A stretch of DNA of 60,589 nt from a virus. Lineage: Duplodnaviria > Caudoviricetes. The DNA lies in IMG/VR virus record IMGVR_UViG_3300014208_000008, positions 1 through 60,589 of that record; one strand, written 5' to 3'. The notes beneath the pieces were generated by a model. It did no database searches and was not told the origin of the DNA. It was given only the letters and a program-made list of their open reading frames with translations. Shown in pieces: positions 55,838 through 60,589 of the stretch; within the stretch, counting starts at the first letter, position 1; every line of letters begins with the position of its first letter. A program made the position numbers and the translations under genes.

Positions 55838-57134
55838 GTTACCTCCCAAGCTAATACCTGTGTTCATTGGTGAAGCAATGTATAGGGGAGCATGGGGTGG
55901 TCGTGGTTCTGCTAAGTCTAGGTCATTCGCAAAGATGGCAGCCGTAAAAGGTATTATGTATGCAGAGGCTAATGAACCAGGCGTTATAGTTTGCGGTCGT
56001 GAATTTCAGAACTCATTGGAAGAATCAAGTTTAGCCGAAGTAAAGGCAGCGATTGAATCAGAAGATTGGTTACGTGATAGATACGAAGTAGGTGATAAGT
56101 ACATTCGTACAAAAGATAAAAGGATTGAATTTGCATTTATTGGCTTAAGGCATAACCTGGATAGCATAAAGTCAAAGTCACGTATTCGATTATTGTATGT
56201 AGATGAAGCCGAGCCAGTAAGTGAAATAGCATGGACAAAAGTTATACCAACAGTACGGGAAGAAGGTGCAGAGATTTGGCTAACATGGAATAGAGAGCGC
56301 AAGAATTCAGCAACAAACAAGCGTTTTATTGTGGATCCACCAAAAGATGCAAAGATTGTTGAATTAAACTGGCGTGATAATCCTTGGTTTCCTTCGATAC
56401 TGAACAAAACACGATTAGAAGATTTAGAAAAGCGGCCAGAACAATATCAGCATGTTTGGGAAGGCGATTATATATCAGCACAATCAGGTGCCTACTTTGC
56501 AAAGCATTTAAATGATGCACGGAATGAGGGTAGAGTTAGCCGGTTGAACAGTGATCCGCTTATGACTATAAGAGCATTCTTTGATATTGGCGGTACAGGA
56601 GCAAGAGCTGATGCGGTGGCAATATGGATAAGCCAGTTTATTGGTAAAGAGATTCGACACCTAGATTACTATGAAGCCATAGGCCAGCCATTAGCAACTC
56701 ATGTTAACTGGCTGAGAGATAACGGTTATGGAAAGGCCAGTGTTTACCTTCCTCATGATGGTGTTAAGCATGACTCTGTATATAATGTAACCTATGAATC
56801 AGAACTTAAACGTGCTGGATTTCAGGTAACAGTGATAGAGAATCAGGGCGCAGGTGCAGCAACACAAAGGATAGAAGCTGTACGTAGAGCGTTTCCGTTT
56901 ATGTGGTTTGATTCGGTTAAGTGCGAGTATGGCTTGGATGCGTTAGGTTGGTATCATGAAAAGAAAGATGATACACGTAATATAGGACTAGGGCCAGAAC
57001 ACGACTGGTCAAGTCACTGTGCTGATGCATGTGGATTAGAGGCAATAGTGTACGAAAAAGAAACAAGAGAACGAGTTAAAAAGCATCGTGGACAATCAAG
57101 ATATGAAGTATTAGATCAGGCTATGGGCTATTAA
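55818..57134 (+). CDS. terL: Terminase large subunit
   Basis: Walker A 'GGRGSAKS', Walker B 'YVDEAE', and nuclease motifs 'FDIG', 'LPHDG' and 'HDWSSHCADA'. Confidence 0.95.
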   Translation: MSTFQVELPPKLIPVFIGEAMYRGAWGGRGSAKSRSFAKMAAVKGIMYAEANEPGVIVCGREFQNSLEESSLAEVKAAIESEDWLRDRYEVGDKYIRTKDKRIEFAFIGLRHNLDSIKSKSRIRLLYVDEAEPVSEIAWTKVIPTVREEGAEIWLTWNRERKNSATNKRFIVDPPKDAKIVELNWRDNPWFPSILNKTRLEDLEKRPEQYQHVWEGDYISAQSGAYFAKHLNDARNEGRVSRLNSDPLMTIRAFFDIGGTGARADAVAIWISQFIGKEIRHLDYYEAIGQPLATHVNWLRDNGYGKASVYLPHDGVKHDSVYNVTYESELKRAGFQVTVIENQGAGAATQRIEAVRRAFPFMWFDSVKCEYGLDALGWYHEKKDDTRNIGLGPEHDWSSHCADACGLEAIVYEKETRERVKKHRGQSRYEVLDQAMGY

Positions 57135-59375
57135 ATGGATAATATAGAAGAATCACTTGATGATAAATTTGAAAGGTATCATCACATAAAGCGAATAGCC
57201 GATAAGATACTGGAATCGCGTGATGAAGCTATTGAGTATCGTTCTGCCTCCGGTGTAGAAAGGCGTTGGCGTGAAGATGCAAGGGCGTTTGATGGCATAG
57301 ATGGCAATGACACAAGGATTGGCGTTGTTGATGCCGCAATAGGTGAGTTCGTTCCTAAGCAAATGGACACAAAGCCTCAGTCACGAGTAGTAGTTAATAT
57401 CATACGTTCAAAGTGCGAAACAGCAGAAAGCGAGTTTTGCGAGATATTACTTCCGGTTGATGACAAGAACTGGGGGCTAAAGCCTACACCTATTCCAGAA
57501 GCTAGTCAATCCGATATGCCAGCAGGAATATTAGGATTACAACAGCAAGCACAGCCAGGAATGCCACAACCGGCAGAACAGCCAGCGCAACCTTCACCAG
57601 AAGAAGATTTAAAGAAGCGTGTTAGCGCAATGGAGGAGGAAGTTGACGATCAGCTTAACGAGTGTGAGTTTAACGGTGAATGTAGGAAAGTAATCAGGCA
57701 AGCTATCAAGCTAGGTACAGGTGTTCTTAAAGGGCCAAATATTGTAAAAAGCATCAAGAAAACATGGAATGAGTTAAAAGATAACCAAGGTGAATCTGTC
57801 CATGTCCTGAAAGTAATAGAAGAATCCAAGCCAGCGTCAAAGATGGTTGATGTGTGGAACGCTTATCCTTCACCACATTGGGACGGAACACCGGGTAAAA
57901 TGTCCTGCATGTGGGAAAGAGAACTTATTAATCCACGAGAACTAAGGGAATTAATAGGTGTTGACGGTTATGATAGCGATCAAATAAGAAGCATCCTGGA
58001 CGAAGAGCCTATGCGTAAAGTCGTAGAGCTTGATAAGAATGGCCGGCAACGTTTATACAATTCCAGTTTAAAGCGTGGCGCACCTTACGAAAAATGGGAA
58101 TATCACGGTGATTGTGATAAACAGCTACTTGAGTTAATGGGATGCGAATGTCCGGCTGATTCAGGTAAAACACTGTCAGTATGCGCATTATTCGTAAATG
58201 ATAGGCCAATCAAGATTCATCTTAACACCTTAGATACTGGTGATATTATTTATGATTTCTTCCAATGGGTTGAAGTTGATGATTCACCTTGGGGAATAGG
58301 TGAGCCAAGAAAGATGTTATGGCAGTATAAAGTCATTAACGCAGCATGGCGCATGATGATGAACAATAGCGGTGATAGTGCTGGCGCTCAGATAGTCATG
58401 AATGAAGATGTAGAGCCAGAGGACGATAACTGGGATTTCAGAGGCAGAAAGTTTTGGATATACACTGGTGATGGTAGAGTTCAGGATGCGTTCGGCCTAT
58501 TCCAGATTAACAACAATCAAACTGAATACCAGCGCATTATTGAGCTCGCCTTAAAGTTCACGGATTTGGAAACTGGTACGCCAATGATGGCGCAGGGTGA
58601 AAAGTACGCAGCACCAGAAACCTTTAGAGGAATGGAAATGCTACTACAGAACTCTAAAGGGCCAAAGCGAAGAAAGGTTAAGCAATGGGACGACAGAATA
58701 ACACGGCCACACCTTAAGCGTTATTATGATTGGAACATGCAGTATAACAAGAAGAGCGAAATCAAAGGTGACATGCAGGTTGACGCTAGAGGTACATCAG
58801 TTCTTTTAGTTAAAGATCAGAATGTTCAACAACTTATGCAACTACTACAGTTACGCAACGATCCAGAAGTTAATATACAAACGGATTGGGCAAAGGTAAT
58901 CAAGCAGCTATTCCAGGCTTCACATTTGGATGTAATGAAGTCAGATGACGAAATAGAACAAGCAAGAGTACAAGCACAGCAGAATCCGCCTATTGATCCT
59001 GCATTACAAATTGCACAGCTTAAAACACAAGGAGAACTGGAAAAAACCAAACTTGTGCAGGATTCAGATATGATAGAACTGGATAAAAAGGCAGAGGCAA
59101 TGAAAGCAGAGTTTGCGCTTAAGTTGCACATGCAGGAACTTGAGCAAGAACATCAGCAACGAATGAAGGAAATGGAACTTAATATAAAGATGCTTGAGCT
59201 AAGCCAAGCACAGCAGATAAGCCTTGAAAGTATAAAGGCAGCACTTGCCAGCGATACAATGAAATTAGGCGTTCAGAAGGAGTTGTCAGCAATGAATCAT
59301 ATTGCAAAGCAAACGTCAATGCCAGAGACGGAACCAACCGGGAAAGCTGCACCAGGACACGCATACGAACAATAA
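57135..59375 (+). CDS. Portal protein (P22-like, long C-terminal barrel)
   Basis: Follows terL; 'VVVNIIRSKC', 'KLGTGVLKGP' and 'PWGIG', with a long coiled C-terminus. Confidence 0.85.
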   Translation: MDNIEESLDDKFERYHHIKRIADKILESRDEAIEYRSASGVERRWREDARAFDGIDGNDTRIGVVDAAIGEFVPKQMDTKPQSRVVVNIIRSKCETAESEFCEILLPVDDKNWGLKPTPIPEASQSDMPAGILGLQQQAQPGMPQPAEQPAQPSPEEDLKKRVSAMEEEVDDQLNECEFNGECRKVIRQAIKLGTGVLKGPNIVKSIKKTWNELKDNQGESVHVLKVIEESKPASKMVDVWNAYPSPHWDGTPGKMSCMWERELINPRELRELIGVDGYDSDQIRSILDEEPMRKVVELDKNGRQRLYNSSLKRGAPYEKWEYHGDCDKQLLELMGCECPADSGKTLSVCALFVNDRPIKIHLNTLDTGDIIYDFFQWVEVDDSPWGIGEPRKMLWQYKVINAAWRMMMNNSGDSAGAQIVMNEDVEPEDDNWDFRGRKFWIYTGDGRVQDAFGLFQINNNQTEYQRIIELALKFTDLETGTPMMAQGEKYAAPETFRGMEMLLQNSKGPKRRKVKQWDDRITRPHLKRYYDWNMQYNKKSEIKGDMQVDARGTSVLLVKDQNVQQLMQLLQLRNDPEVNIQTDWAKVIKQLFQASHLDVMKSDDEIEQARVQAQQNPPIDPALQIAQLKTQGELEKTKLVQDSDMIELDKKAEAMKAEFALKLHMQELEQEHQQRMKEMELNIKMLELSQAQQISLESIKAALASDTMKLGVQKELSAMNHIAKQTSMPETEPTGKAAPGHAYEQ

Positions 59376-59379
59376 GTCA

Positions 59380-59429
59380 TTGACAATGCAAAAAAGAATA
59401 TTATCATTAATTAAACAATGTTCAATTAA
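59380..59429 (+). promoter_or_regulatory. Promoter with palindromic operator copy 3
   Basis: TTGACA-16 nt-TATCAT, then ATTAAACA-A-TGTTCAAT (59410-59426). Confidence 0.6.
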
Positions 59430-59431
59430 GT

Positions 59432-59719
59432 ATGTGGTTTAAAAAGAAGCAGCAAAAGATTGAATCGTATGAGGCACCGATAGTATTTCCGGCTGGCAAT
59501 CTATCGCTGGATAAGCATTCAAGAACTTGGCAATTCATAGAGAAGCATCTTAAAGAAGAGTTACAGAAAGCAAGGGAGGAAAATGATTCGCACAATAAAG
59601 ATTTGCAGCAAACGGCAGCATTGAGAGGAAAGATAAGGTTCATCAAAGAACTGTTAGATTTACCTAATGCTAAAGATAAGCCAGAAAAGAAAGCTGGCAC
59701 AACTGAATACGATTACTAA
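59432..59719 (+). CDS. Small conserved protein between portal and scaffold
   Basis: 'TWQFIE..L..EL..AR..ND' and 'TAALRGKI'. Confidence 0.65.
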   Translation: MWFKKKQQKIESYEAPIVFPAGNLSLDKHSRTWQFIEKHLKEELQKAREENDSHNKDLQQTAALRGKIRFIKELLDLPNAKDKPEKKAGTTEYDY

Positions 59720-59754
59720 TGCCGGGTATCCGCCATCAAAACAGGTAATGTAAA

Positions 59755-60552
59755 ATGAATGAAGAACAAACAGAAGAAGAACTGCGCGAACAAGCCATAA
59801 AAGATGTATATGGTGATGAGTTCGTTCAAGATGAAGATGAAGCAAGTGAACAGGATCCCTGGGAAGGATTGCCTAAAGTTGTTAAGGATGAAATAGAAGG
59901 GCTAAGGGCCAAAGTATCAACGATTGATCAAATGGATTATCGTTTGAAACAGGCAGAAAGCCGGGTAGGTGGTTTAACTAATGAGTTACATGCTGCAAAG
60001 AAAGCCGCTAAAGAAGTGGCGGACGCACCAAGTCAACGTCAGATAAGTGAAGCTGCAACCAATAATGCCAAGTGGGACGAACTGAAAGACGACTTCCCGG
60101 AATGGGCAGAAGCTACAGAAGCAAGATTGAACGCACAACGCGAGGATATTCTTAAACAGATACCGAATGTTGAAAGCTTGATGGAAAAGGTGAATGAGTC
60201 CTCAGCATCAAACTTACATGCGCTAAAGCAGGAAATATTTGAAAGTATTATAGCCACAAAGCATCCAAAGTGGACAACAACAGTACAAACACCAGAGTTT
60301 GTAGACTGGTGGGAAAAGAACGGAAAGCGGGACAGTGAAAATCCAGTGGACACCATAGCCATATTAGATGACTATGCTGATTACAGGTCATCACAACGCA
60401 GCCCGAAAGACATAATGGAAGAAAGAAATAACCGCCTAAAAGTTGCTCAAACGATAACGACGAGGCAAAGAACAATTCCGTCAAAGTCTGAAGAAGATAT
60501 GACAGAAGCAGAATTACGAGCGTCAATAGCTGCAAAGGTATGGGCGACGTAA
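59755..60552 (+). CDS. Capsid scaffolding protein (probable)
   Basis: Acidic coiled coil directly upstream of the major capsid gene across the circular junction. Confidence 0.7.
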   Translation: MNEEQTEEELREQAIKDVYGDEFVQDEDEASEQDPWEGLPKVVKDEIEGLRAKVSTIDQMDYRLKQAESRVGGLTNELHAAKKAAKEVADAPSQRQISEAATNNAKWDELKDDFPEWAEATEARLNAQREDILKQIPNVESLMEKVNESSASNLHALKQEIFESIIATKHPKWTTTVQTPEFVDWWEKNGKRDSENPVDTIAILDDYADYRSSQRSPKDIMEERNNRLKVAQTITTRQRTIPSKSEEDMTEAELRASIAAKVWAT

Positions 60553-60589
60553 AAAGATTTACCAATGGATATTTAAAAGCGCAGGGTAA
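60467..60589. repeat. Terminal direct repeat, right copy
   Basis: Identical to 1-123. Confidence 0.95.

Noticed and set aside
206-60552. Stop-codon reassignment
   Set aside because: Core genes are full length in the standard code, and TAA, TGA and TAG all end genes.

Overview
The window looks like a complete, circularly assembled tailed-phage genome. Its unit length is about 60,466 bp, because bases 1-123 are repeated exactly at 60467-60589. The gene layout is podovirus-like. Packaging and head genes comprise terminase small and large subunits, a P22-like portal, a scaffold, an N4-gp56-type major capsid and decoration proteins. They are followed by an HNH-AP2 endonuclease, a methyltransferase and glycosyltransferase pair, an adaptor and nozzle, two paralogous short tail-fibre genes, ejection proteins and a 4537-aa large polyvalent protein. 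A reverse-strand operon encodes FN3 and beta-helix proteins. Two divergent early arms carry an ERF recombinase, a 3'-5' exonuclease, a resolvase, a RepL-like protein, an MT-A70 methylase with a nuclease, an SF2 helicase, a PAPS-reductase-like protein, Ref, NinB and many tiny ORFs. I could not recognise an integrase, DNA polymerase, primase, reverse transcriptase, cas gene or canonical endolysin. Four signals stand out. (i) A pair of related stem-closed non-coding units lies at 34944-35326; one is a tRNA scaffold whose anticodon loop is replaced by a 60-nt cargo. (ii) One FN3 domain is split into complementary halves across two adjacent genes. (iii) A nested structured non-coding element of about 300 nt lies at 46660-46960. 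(iv) The giant protein has a modular, nested effector architecture. All family assignments come from motif recognition by eye; no searches or folding programs were run.
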